From the human T2T-CHM13v2.0 reference genome, Homo sapiens, in the NCBI RefSeq assembly GCF_009914755.1, contig NC_060930.1: a stretch of 64,000 nucleotides of DNA; one strand, given 5' to 3'. Shown here one piece after another: positions 46,362-60,584 of the stretch (positions are counted from its first letter, which is position 1; every line of letters begins with the position of its first letter). The translations under genes and the position numbers were made by a program. The notes below the pieces were generated by a model, which searched no databases, was not told the DNA's origin, and saw nothing but the letters and a program-made list of their open reading frames with translations.

Positions 46362-48783
46362 GACATTTGACCTCTCGTCCCTGAGAGGCGGGTGGTTGTT
46401 AGTTCAGGGGGTTATGGGAGGGCTCTGGCATCCGGGATGGAGGCGCGTCGCTTTCTGTGGCTGGCGCTGGATCCACCCTGGGTCTCCAGCCACGGCTGCA
46501 GAGAGGGTAGCGCGGTTTCTTAGGCCAGAGTGGAGTGGGACAGGAGGTGCCCAGAGACGACTGTGGTGGCTTGAGACATGGAAGCGCTGCAGCCTTTGAG
46601 CCCAGTATCCAGCATTGCAGCCGCCGCGGCTGTCTAAGAGCTCAAACCCTTTCAGGCGCGCGCAGGAGGAGGAGCGGCGGGGGCGGCGGAACAAGACGAC
46701 CCTCACTTAACGTGGCCGCTGTCGCCGTGGGCATGCTGGGGGCGTCCTACGCTGCCGTTCCCCTTTATCGGCTCTATTGCCAGACTACTGGACTTGGAGG
46801 ATCAGCAGTTTCAGGTCATGCCTCAGACCAGATTGAAAACATGGTGCCTGTTAAGGATCGAATCATTAAAATTAACTTTGATGCAGATGTGCATGCAAGT
46901 CTTCAGTGGAACTTTAGACTTCAGCAAACAGAAATATATGTGGTGCCAGGAGACACTGCACTGGGGTTTTACAGAGCTAAGAATCCTGCTGACAAACCAC
47001 TAATTGGAATTTCTACATACAATGTTGTTCCATTTGAAGCTGGACAGTATTTCAATAAAATACAGTGCTTCTGTTTTGAAGAACAAAGGCTTAATCCCCA
47101 AGAGGAAGTAGATATGCCAGTGTTTTTCTACATTGATCCTGAATTTGCTAAAGACCCAAGAATGATTAATGTTGATCTTATCACTCTTTCTTACACTTTT
47201 TTTGAAGCAAAGGAAGGGCACAATTTGCCAGTTCCGGGATATAACTGAAGTCAGCAACTAAGTCCTCCTTCAAAGTTGTGATTTTTGGGAAAATCATGTA
47301 TCCTATCTTCTCAAAGGAGAAATATTGTACAATAATATGAAGACTTATATTTTAAATAATTATTTTTTCTCAACTAATTTATTTCACTTAAAATTGAGAG
47401 AACAAGTTCAGCTTTTATCATAACAAACCCACATGCCTAGCTAGAATATATGAGTGACTATTCAATACCATACTGAAGAGTTTGATAGCATTAAAATAAG
47501 CCGCTTTGTTTTTTAAATATGCAGGCATGGGTTCAGCTTAATTCTATAGTTCCCTTCCAGATTATTAACTCTTCATACTTATAGCAAAGAATCTGACAAT
47601 GTTTTTCAAAAATGAATGCTCAGGGTTATTTGTTTCAAGTCATAGGCCAGAACTTCTGACCATGTTTATTATGTCTAAAAGAGTTGGTTGCTATTTTCCT
47701 TCATTATAAACAGTCAGTATTTTAAAAGCTCAAAGTAGAAGAGGAGTCACCAAGCCCTAACAGCTTGTCCAAAGATTTAAATTCTTATTTCAAATTTGAT
47801 TTGTCCTTTAAGATTTAGGGCTATTTTATATTCAGAGTTCTGAATAATTACTTTGAAATTGTAGTATCATGAAATTGAAATAAAATACATCTACTAGGCT
47901 GCTAGCCAAAGCATCATCATTACAAGTCCATGAATGCTAAAATGTACAAGTGGGATTGTGAAGATTTACTGACATCAAAAGTTCTTCTGGAAACAAACCT
48001 TTGTAAAAAAAAAGTGTAAATTATTTTAATAGTGATTTATTTGTCATCAAATGTACAACTTATTCTGAATATTTTCATTTTCTGTGTTCCAAACAGAAAT
48101 GTTAAGTTGCAGTAAAAAGAGAAAAAAAGACTATTTAGAATTACAAAGAATCATATTTAAAGGCTGCCCAATGTAGAGTCTAGTGACCTGTTCAGGACAC
48201 CTGAAATATAATTAAATGACAACATCAAGGTTTTAACAATTTATAATTCCAAACCAGAGGATTATAAAGAAGTGCAAATTGACTTTTACATTCAACTTTA
48301 GTTAAATGAAGGCACTCAATATTCTTCCTGAATAATACATTCAGTTTCTCACATTTTATGTTTTCATCTGTTCCAATTATTTTGTAGTAAAATAATCTAC
48401 TCTTATCACAGCTGTGTGACGATTTCTAAATGTAGGAAGGCCTGTGAAACATATGACACTGCAGTTAAATTTGTTGGCCTAAGGACTAAGTAATTTTTCT
48501 TCTGCTGAAGTTTTAAGTGAGTATTTGTTCCAAACAAGTTCTGTTGAAATCTCACGCTGTTGTCAGGAATCAATGTTATCCTGGAACTGTTATTCTTCTA
48601 TTTAATCTTCATCATAGCAGAAATGCTCCACTGTGGCTTTGACATGTTGGTAGGTATTGTCTTCCAGGCTTCAAAGCTGCACAGAGTCTACCCTTTAGAG
48701 AATTGGCACCTTTGATGTGGCTAGTGAGCTGATCATCTACTTTCTTCTAAAATAAAGAGAAGAAAATGAAAAAAAAAAAAAAA
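46362..48783 (+). pseudogene. COX11P1: COX11 processed pseudogene (5'UTR, disrupted CDS 46414-47248, ~1.5-kb 3'UTR, poly(A))
   Basis: Intronless MGGLWHPGWRR...WKRCSL* (premature TGA 46597-46599); +1 frameshift near 46708; then VAAVAVGMLGASYAAVPLYRLYCQ...KIQCFCFEEQ...PVPGYN*; AATAAA at 48751; A-tail 48769-48783; TSD-like AGA..AAAAACAC at both ends. Confidence 0.95.
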
Positions 48784-49189
48784 GATGAAAAACACACCCT
48801 TCATGATTTCATTTATATAAGGTTCAGAACAGAATAAACCAATATCTGATGTTAGAAGTCACAACAGGGAGAAGGAAAGGAACAGAGTTTAGCAGGGAGC
48901 ACAACTGGGCCTTGTGGGGCACAGGTAACGGTTCTATTTCTTGACCTTGGTAGTGGTTATATGAATGGTTTTACTTTGCAGTATTTCATTTCACTGTGCA
49001 CATATTGCTATGTATTTCTAAGTATATGCATATTTCAATAATTTTTTTAAAAATATGCAAACTACTCATTTTAAAGCTGAAAGAACCAGAGCTCAGATAC
49101 ATGAAGTGTGTTGCTGAGCTCAACAGACCCAGGACTCATATCCAGTTTTCCTGATCCGCTAGCTCCCTTGGCTTTGAGGGGTTAGTTAA

Positions 49190-49570
<381 letters not shown>

Positions 49571-49682
49571 TGATTATTAAGCATTATTTAAAATGGCCCC
49601 AACGTGTTTATTTTAATAGCTAATTTATTAACAGTCATACTATTCCAGTTTGTATCATCATGAACAAGTTAGCAATATACAC

Positions 49683-49913
49683 TTTTTTTTTTTTGAGACG
49701 GAGTCTCGCTCTGTCACCCAGGCTGGAGTGCAGTGGTGCAAGCTCCGCCTCCCGGGTTCACGCCATTCTCCTGCCTCAACCTCCCAAGTAGCTGGGACTA
49801 CAGGCACCTGCCACCGCACCCGGCTAATTTTTTGTATTTTTAGTAGAGACTAAAATACAAAATAGTTTCACCATGTTAGCCAGGATGGTCTCCATCTCCT
49901 AACCTCGTTATCC
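49683..49913 (-). mobile_element. 5'-truncated AluY with internal deletion and fold-back insertion
   Basis: AluY diagnostics; TSD AGCAATATACA. Confidence 0.9.
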
Positions 49914-50399
49914 AGCAATATACATTCTTATGCACGCCTGTTTTGCACAGACAATTTTATTTATAGGACATAGGTTCTCATAAATAGTATTGATAGATGG
50001 AAAAACATATGTATTTTTAGCAATAGATGCTGTTAGTTTGCTTTCCAAAAGGCTGTAACCACCTCACACTTCAAAGAGCAACAAGTGTTACAACTTTTCT
50101 AAATTTTTGGTCAGTTTACTGGTATCTCATTTTATTTGTGGATGTGTCTCAAATTCACATCTCCAGATTTGATTTGAATCCATGATTGAATGTCATGATT
50201 GTTTTTCCTTCTATGTTTAAGTGCCTTAAAGGCATCTCAAACAAAACATGTTCAAAGCCAAACTTGTAATCTCTGCACCCAAATCTGATCTTCTTCCAAC
50301 ATCCCTTTTGTTCACTTTCCAAATCAGAAACTTGGGCATTTCTGTTTTTTAACCCTCACATAAAATCCATCAAACTCCTATCAAATTTATCTTCAAAAT

Positions 50400-51503
<1,104 letters not shown>

Positions 51504-51639
51504 TCATTTTTGTGCATTTTAGATTGTGCATCTATCTATAACTTTAAAAATATCCGTAAGTGGTGTGTGTGTGTGTGTCTATATATATATATATTTTAAA
51601 ACTATTTCTTTACTAATCTGTTTTGCTTAACGCTTTACA

Positions 51640-51948
51640 TGTTTTGTGTTTTGTTTTGTTTTGTTTGAGAAGGAGTCTCGCTGTGTCACCCAGGCTGGAG
51701 TGCAGTGGCGCAATCTTGGCTCACTGTGACCCCCGCCTCCTGGGTTCAAGCGATTCTACTGCCTCAGCCTCCTGAGTAGCTGGGATTACAGGCATGTGCC
51801 ACCATGCCCAGCTAATTTTTGTATTTCAGTAGAGACGGGGGTTTCACCATTTTGGTCAGGCTGGTCTCGAACTCCTTCCTGGCTTTGTGATCTGCCCACC
51901 TTGGCCTCCCAAAGTGCTGGGATTATAGGCGTGAGCCACCACGCCTGG
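51640..51948 (-). mobile_element. AluS element
   Basis: (TTTTG)n tail plus reverse Alu. Confidence 0.92.
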
Positions 51949-52179
51949 TCGTTTTCACTACTGTACACTATTCCAGATTATAAATGTACCCCAATTTACT
52001 CATCATTCTCCTATTGGTGTGAATTAAATTGTTTACAAACAATGTTGTCATGAACATTCTTGTACATCTTCTTTTGTGCATGTGTGAGGACATCACTAGT
52101 GCATTTAGCTTTTTTAAAATGACATTTACCCAATAGTGAAATTGCTGAAGGGGATATGTTTCTCTTTATTGTATTGGAT

Positions 52180-52727
52180 GTTGTGAATATTTGACATATT
52201 TGTGGCTACCCAGAATACTTGGAGCACCCTTCCTATAGCTATGACTTTCCCCCATTATAACTTCTACCTTTTTAAGGTAGGTGCTAGAAAAACCCATTTT
52301 TTAACTTCTTCTGCAGGTAGTGAGCAGGCATGTAACATAGGTTTTGCCAATAAGATGCATTCATGAAAAACTTCAATTTAGAAGAGAGCACTGTGAGGAA
52401 GGGGATGCTATGCCGAATTCTGTAAATGAGGTAGCAGTGTGGTCATGTTAAGAACTTTTAGAAGCAAAAGTGACCAAGATCCATGCTGTAGTGTCCTGTG
52501 TTTCGTGTTCATATTGAAAGTGATGATAATTATCCACTGTTGTGGGATTGCTTGTATGAGCAGTCTGGGAGTGAAATTTGGGCATTTTTTTTCCTGACTG
52601 CATAATTCTAGTGTTTCTCTGGCCTTTCAGGAGACTCTAAGTCAACTGATATTCTTAATAAATTCTTATACTATTTCATCTGTAGAGTGGATTCTGATGC
52701 TTGCAACTAAGAATTCTAACAGAAACA
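52180..52727 (+). mobile_element. Old ERVL LTR (LTR33/LTR16-like)
   Basis: 3' end AATAAATTC..AGAGTGGATTCTGATGCTTGCAACTAAGAA..ACA. Confidence 0.5.
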
Positions 52728-53894
52728 GTTATTCTCAACCCTTCTTCTCTCATGGTACATAAGTAAGTGACAATTGTATAACAAACTGGAAGTGATGTAT
52801 AAAGCTGCTTGTGGCTAGAAGCAACCAGAACTATAGTTATTAATTTCCTATGGTCTTGCCTGGCCTCTGTAAGGAGATCCGTATCTCAACAGCACACCTG
52901 TCACACATTCATAGCCCAACTATGTGCCACAGTGGGCTAGCTGGAAATCTGTGCACTAGATATTGCTAACTTATTCTCAGTTTATACTCCTTCTAATAGT
53001 GTGTGAGAGTTCTTGCTGGTCAACGTCCTCTTTGACCTTTTTTTTTTTTTTTTTGAGACAGAGTCTGGCTCTGTCGCCTATGGAGTACAGTGGCTTCTTC
53101 GACTTTTGATATCCCTGGACTTTAAAACTTATTCCGGTTTTATTGGTATAATTTTATATATGATTTTTAAAATTTGCATTTTTCTATTACTAGTGAGAAT
53201 CTTCTAATTTGTATTTCCTTATTCGTTAATTACTGGTTTCATATCATTTTATGCTTTCCTCTTTGACTGCTGGTCTTTTTATTACTGATTTATAAAAAGC
53301 TCTTTACACGTCTTTGATATTTAGGATTCTTCACTTGCCTGGGTTGCTTTGAAGGCTGCAAGAGCATTTGTAGTAATTATACATTCATAATTTTGTATTC
53401 TACTTTTGAAAAGGGTCCCCCAGATTATACAGGATTCAGGTTCTACAAAACCTGGATCCATCTCTGACATCCCAATTGGAGGCCTATCTCTCTGTTTTGC
53501 TTATTGGTGTCTTCTGAGGCACAGAAGATTTTATGGTTAATTTAGTTAAATTTATTTTTATTTTTATATGGATTGTACTATTTGGATATTGTTTAAGAAA
53601 AATTTTTCTAACCCTATAAGATTAAAATATGATCTTATATTTTTTTCAAATGATATAAAATTTTGTTTTTATAAAGTAATATTTTACATTTAGGATACAT
53701 TTTGGAGGGGTATGATATGAGTCAGTGATTCCATTTTATTTGTATTTTTCTGCATGAATACTCAATTGTCTCACACTTGTTATTGAATAATTCATTTTTC
53801 TTCACTAATCCTCAGGCCCATTTATTTATGAATAAAAGTATTTTTTTCTCTTGGTTTTTTGTTCTGTTCTGTTTGTCTAGTTGTCCATCTATGA

Positions 53895-54880
53895 CTACAG
53901 TTGAACAAGGGTATATCAAGAGGCAACTAAGTGAACCATCTGAGCTTCATATGTATTCCACCCTGATCTCACTATGTAAAAACAGCTCTACCTTCTCTTC
54001 TCTTCTCTTCTCTTCTCTTCTCTTCTGATCCCTGGACACAAAGATCTCAAAATGCCTAGGTGGCAGTTGTAGCTTTTACTTCAATGGGCTTCTTGCTATA
54101 TCCCCTGGCAAGAGTGGACTGTCTTTGAGACTAGGAGTCTAATTTTGCCAAGCTCAGAATTGTGGGAATGGGAAATACAAATCCCCAAGTGGTCTACTGG
54201 AAGTAATGATTAATGGGGCCACTCCTGCTTCCATGTTTTGGTTCCTGGACTCACGTTTTCTTCCTTTTGGAGACACAGCACCATTTAGGAGCTCTAATTC
54301 AGTAGTACATACATTGCATCCTGGAGAATGCCGTATTACCTCTGAGCTGGTGCTGCAGCTGTGCCTTCAGCAAGCCAGTTCAACTCTCTGTCAGATCAGG
54401 TGCTTCTAGATAATGTGGTTTGGAATAGGACCAGTGAGTCCCATCATTATGGGCTTACTGGAAGCGGGTCTCCTCACCAGTTTGTATGGTCACACACTAG
54501 CTTTTGTGAGATTCCATGCATATGAACCCAAATATCCCTATATAGTGGTCTTGACTGGGGCTATATGAACAAGAATGTTAAACCCATACCAAGAATAGCT
54601 AAGACATTGAAAGTCTTAGCATTGGTATCTATTGCTGGAACTTTGGACCTTTACAGGCAGCATCTGTTATTTCTGCTTTAGTAAATGGGAGTTTATTCTA
54701 TTGCACTCTTGTGTAGTCTTTATCTCTGCCACCTTGGCCACTCCATTCACATGCTCATTGTGCTAGTTATGTGTCTGCTGGTTGTTATGATAATTGCAGT
54801 CCCTTGGTTGCTGGTGTTTAAGCTCTACCTTCTTACTTCACGTCCCCATTGCCAGCCAATGGGGAGCTCTAGAATAAAGG
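53895..54880 (-). mobile_element. ERVL/MaLR internal (pol-like) fragments abutting the OR pseudogene
   Basis: Minus-strand peptide ESRNQNMEAGVAPLIITSSRPLGDL resembles ERVL internal sequence; no intact ORF. Confidence 0.5.
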
Positions 54881-54949
54881 TTTCTCACTAGAGAAGTCCC
54901 AGGTATGCGAGAAATTGGCAGGCCCTGGTATCTTCACCATCTTCAATCT

Positions 54950-55582
54950 TTGGTTTGGAGCTCCCCAGCATGAAGTTGGCCTCAGATAGAATGCTGTAGC
55001 AGATCTCAAAGGTTGTTACAGTTAGAGACTGTTAGGTGACAGACTCTAACTAAAGGAAGATCTGAGCTATACACCTCTACAGGGGCAACTGAATTGTGAT
55101 TGTTGACTGCAGCAGTGAATTGGCCAGACCAATTAGCCAAGCAGTGCTGGACAGGTGCAGGCAGACCTTATGGTCTATGATTATAGTGTACCTTGGAGGC
55201 TTACAGACAGCCACATAGCAGTCTAAGGCCACGATGCCAAGAAGGACACACTCAATACAGGCTAGCCAGTGAAATACATAGGCCTGGGCCATACAGCCTA
55301 TTTAAGTGATGTTCTTGTTGGGCCCCCTAAATTGAACAGCATTTGAGGTACTGTTGTGGTGGTGAAACAGAGATATAAGACGGAAAGACTGGTGAGAAGG
55401 AAATACATAGGACTATGAAGTTGGGAATCTAGTTGAGAGACCAGAATAATAGCACTATTTCCCAACAATGTGAACATGTAGAAGGTCAAGAGGACACAGA
55501 AGAGAAGAAAATCCAGCCATGGATATTTGACAAAGCCCATGAGAATGAAATCCTCTGGGAAACTTTCATTCAAGTACTTCAC
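54950..55582 (-). pseudogene. OR2E1P: Olfactory receptor family 2 pseudogene, 3'-truncated
   Basis: NES..FILMGF, LLGNSAIIL, LHSPMYFLL, TTTTVPQML, ECVLLGIVALDCYVAVCKP (MAYDRYVAIC degenerate); GTG in place of the start ATG; frameshift near 55320; stop after QLPL; no TM5-7 recognisable. Symbol inferred from position next to COX11P1/ZSCAN23. Confidence 0.8.
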
Positions 55583-56519
55583 TGAATCTCAGTGACACCA
55601 ACCTGCTAAAATCAGGTAAGATAAGAGTGATTTTTAAAATGTTCTGAGTTGGTAGAAGTTCTGAAGACAGAACTTTTTCTAGGAAAAAATAGTTTTAGTA
55701 GGGAGAGATGGGACACACCCTAAATAGAAATCATAACAATAATAATGAATAATGAATCAGTGAATGAATGAATGAATATAATAATTACTATAATTAACAT
55801 TATGAAGTAATATTTGAAAAGCTCTTTCAGTAAAGAAAGTGGTTTCACATTTTTCCCCCAACTCAAAACCATGTGTGATAGGTTAGTAGACTTTAGTTGT
55901 TATGGCTTTTATGTCTGACTAAGGAAACCAGTGGAAGGTGGGCTGCATATTCTCCCAGATGCCTGGCAGCAAAGGGAGTATGTCACCTCAGTTTGGTTAA
56001 TCACATGATTCTACCCCTGACTTGAGTCTGGGTAGAAATTATGCAAAAGAATGAAGAAGGAGAAAGGGATTGTCAAAAGTACAGAGAAGCTGCCTTCCTG
56101 GATTGATGTCCCATAATGACAACTTCAAACGATGTGTCCTATATGCTTTCTTCCAGGGGTGGCATCTTGGTTGTTTTGCTTCTCCTCATTTCTGCCTTTT
56201 GTGTGTGTGCCAAGTTTTATTCTTTACCCTTCTTATTGATTCTATGAACTACTACTCTTCTAATATTTTCTTTTTGCTTATCTTTTTGTTATCAGACTTG
56301 CTTTTCTTGTTTACAACTGACTGATACAGAAAATGGCACCAGATAATAAATTGAAAATATTCTGCAGGTCTCTTCTAAGTCAGAGCACTGATGATAAAGA
56401 GTAGGACCCAAGAATTAGAATGAGGGTATATGGTACATACACAGTGTTCATGATACCCCACCCCCACCTTCCTATTCTAGACAAGATGGTCTTCCTCTTT
56501 TGTCTGATAAAGTTGCCTT

Positions 56520-57625
56520 GCTTGAAAATCCCATACCATCAAGAGAATGAAAAGAAAATCCATAGACTGAAAGAAAAAGTATTTGCGGAAGACATATTTG
56601 ATAAAAGACTGTTAAAAATACATCAAAAACGCCAAAAAAAATCAATGATAAGTGAAACAGACAACCCAACTAAAACATGGGCCAAGGTTTTAACAGACAG
56701 CTCACCAAAAAAAATATACAGATGGCAAATAAGCATATAAAAAGATGTTCCACATCGTATGTCATCAGGGACATGCAAATTGAAAGAATGAGATACCACT
56801 ACACACCTAAAATGTTTGAAATTCAGAACACTGATGACACCAAATACCAGTTCAGGTGTGGAGCACCAGGAATTCTCATTCATTGCTGGTAGAGAATGCA
56901 AGATGATACAGTCACTTGGAAGACACTTTGGTGATTTCTCACAAAACTAAACATAATCTTACCATATGACCTAGAAGTTGCAGTCTTTGGTATTTATTCA
57001 AAGGAGTTAAAACCTTACGTCCACACAAAAATGTGCACACAGATGTTTATAGCTGCTTTATTCATAATTGCCAAAACTTGGAAGCAACCAAGATATCCTT
57101 CAGTAGGTAAATAGATAACTATGGAACACCCAGACAATGAGATATTATTCAATGCTAAAGATAAATGAACTATGAAGTCATAAAAAGACATGCAGGAAAC
57201 TTAAATGCATATTGCTAAGTGAAAGAAGACAATAAGAAAAGGTTACGTACCATATGATTTCAACTATATGACATTCTGGAAAAGGCAAAACTACACAGAC
57301 AATAAAAAGATCAGTGGTCACCAGGGATTAAGGGGGAGGGAGGAATAAACAGGTGGAGCACAGAGGATTTTTAGAAGGCACCGAAACTACTCTGTAAGAT
57401 ACTATAACGGTGAACACATGTCATTATAACTTTGTACAAACTCATAAAATGTGTAACACCAAGAGTGAATCCCAATGTGAACTATGGACTTTGGTTAATA
57501 ATGATGTGTCAATGTGGGTTCATCAGTTGTAGCCAATGAACTACCCTAGTGGGGATGTTGATAATGAGGAAGACTATGCATTTGTGGGGGCAGAGGGTTA
57601 TGAACCTAAAATTGCTCTAAAAAAT
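56520..57625 (+). mobile_element. L1MA/L1MB-type 3' fragment
   Basis: ORF2-end peptides (QMANKHIKRCSTSYVIRDMQI) and L1M 3'UTR. Confidence 0.85.
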
Positions 57626-58422
57626 GAAATATTTACAAAATGCTGTACCTCCTTACTGAGACGGACACAGGGTAAAAGGAAGCCAAGTCTCCTCATGGCC
57701 CTCTCCATACCTATCAAGTAAACAGGGTTAGATCCCAGCAGGCTCTTCCAAGGCTAATTAAAAGACAATGCTGAGCAAAAGGATAATACATAAGAAACAT
57801 TGTAGGAGTTTGCTAGTTTGGAGCAGAGATTTGGAGATTAGATGTGAGAATGAATTCTGAGAGTGCTTTACCAAAGAAAGTACATATTTATTTATCATAA
57901 TGATTACCTCTACCAGACAGACTTGTTTCAGTCTGCTGGCTGGATCTATAAGTGTGATTTTAATTTCTTTCTCTGCTGGGTGACTAAAATCTGGTTTTAA
58001 AGTGATCCACCTAAACAATGTTGATTTATGAGAATTCCCTTAGTGTGTGGTCTATGAACCCTGAAGGGATTGTGGGTGTATGTAACACATGAGTTAAGTC
58101 AATAAATAAGAACAGACTGGTTATGAAGACAAGATCATTATTGCACATGGCTCAGTTGGTTTCAAAGGGAAAGGACCATATCTACAATCAGACTACACCC
58201 TTATTCTAAGCTATTTTAAATGAGTGACATCATGTGATGATGGGTCAGCACAAAGTAACCCCTCTCCTTAAAAAGCAACTCAAAGTACAAGAAACCTTGA
58301 CTTTTATCAATTCTATCTTTATAGTATATGAAGGAGAATGTTTTGTATGAAATGTGAGTAATAGTGATACATGCTTGTGTCACGTAAAACAAGAGATAGG
58401 CATCTAATTCATGATTAACTAA

Positions 58423-58551
<129 letters not shown>

Positions 58552-60283
58552 TGAAGTTAACTACATTTATGTGCAAGTATAATTAGAAAGAATTCTTGAA
58601 ATGAATACACTGAGAGAGGTTTCTGCTTGATCTAGATTTGCGTCTCTTCTTATCTTGCACTTGTACTTGAAGCTGGAGCAGTTTTCTTTATAGAAATCAC
58701 ATACTCCTTACCCAGCTGGTCTGCCTTTCATCCAGCTCCAAGCCAATAATTACATTATTTATGCCACTTTGGATAACTATGCCAAACCCAAGAAATTCTT
58801 CTGATTAATTCTATGCAAATCTGCTTATTCTTTTATTTTTTCTTGTTTTATCCACCTATGAACCAATGTATCTACTCTTTATTATGTTAGTTTGTTCTTA
58901 CTGGGTTTTGGATTATGCATTTAATTAGGCCATTTTATCTTTGTGTTGTAATTGTTTAATGTAAATGTTCAAAATATATATTCATGCCTTGCATCTTCAT
59001 AGATATTGATTCTGTAAGTCATTGGTGGACCCAGGAATTTGTATTTTCAACCATTACTTCAGATGATGCAAGTGGTCTTTGGACCATGCTTTAGAAATAT
59101 TTATACTTTAGGAAATTATTTATTCGATAAGAATTATTTGAGCACCTATTAAGGATTATTCGCTATTCTAGGTGCTAGGGGTACACAATTGGAAAAAATA
59201 GATATTGCCCTTCCAGATCTTACAGTGCAGTTGGAGGGAACAGACGCCAGACACATAGATAAATAACTAATGGGTCATGTAGTGATAAGTACTAGAGAGA
59301 ATAATAACTCAGCACAAAGGGATATAAGGCATGCTAAAAGGATTTTTATTATATAAAGAAGTTGACGAAGTCCTCACTGATAAAGTGACATTTTGAGTAA
59401 AGACCTGAATAAAGAGAAGGAAGGAGATGTGAAATTTGGGGAAAGAGCATTCAGGTAGAAGGTACAGCATAAATCTTGAAACAGAGGTGTACTGGGTGTG
59501 ACTGAGTAGAAGCAAAAATATACTGCAATAAGAGCTCAGTAATTGTGGACTGCTTGTCAGAAAAAGTAAAATTTTAGCTGTCTGTTTAGAGAGGAAAATG
59601 AGAATAGAAAGAATGGATAAAAGGTCATAGGTAATTTTATATTTCTTCTAAATCATAAGCCTTACTCACCAAGAGTAAGTTCATGTCTCCAAATCCAGTT
59701 TTCAGATGGTGCAGGTATCCCTCAAGATCACCCTTTGAATGGGAGAGCTAAATTTGCCCTGCATCTCCTCTGCCGCCCACTCAGAAGGAATTAATTCTGA
59801 GCATTTTGTATCTAAAGGGCAAAGTAGTAACTGCAAGAAATGATATGAAATACATGGCTCCTCCATTTAAAGACCTTATAAACTAATTTTAGAGACAAAT
59901 ATTTCATAAGATGAAATACATTCAAAAGAAAATTATCATACTTACAATTCCCAAAACATAGAATGTAGTCTTAATGTTTAAGTTCAGAGAATATATTAGT
60001 TGATTATTCAGTCATTTATTTATACATTCACTCATTAAATTAATATTACTTATGTGCCTACCAAGCATGGGGCACCATATTATGCAGTGTGGGATAGGAA
60101 AAACCAACCATACCCACCCTCTGTTCCAAGAAATCTATACACCAGGACCTTTCTACATGTGCATAAATAACTAACAACAACCAAGAATGTGCTAAGTGTC
60201 ATCCTCGATGACAAGGACAGTTTGAAAATGAAATAAATTACTTGTAAGTAGGAATCCAGCCGATGGTGGGATCATGAATGTGA

Positions 60284-60584
<301 letters not shown>

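Noticed and set aside
46535-47248. 237-aa ORF as a functional COX11 gene
   Set aside because: Starts at GTG in a shifted frame; the true start frame has a premature stop; intronless with poly(A) and TSD, so a processed pseudogene.
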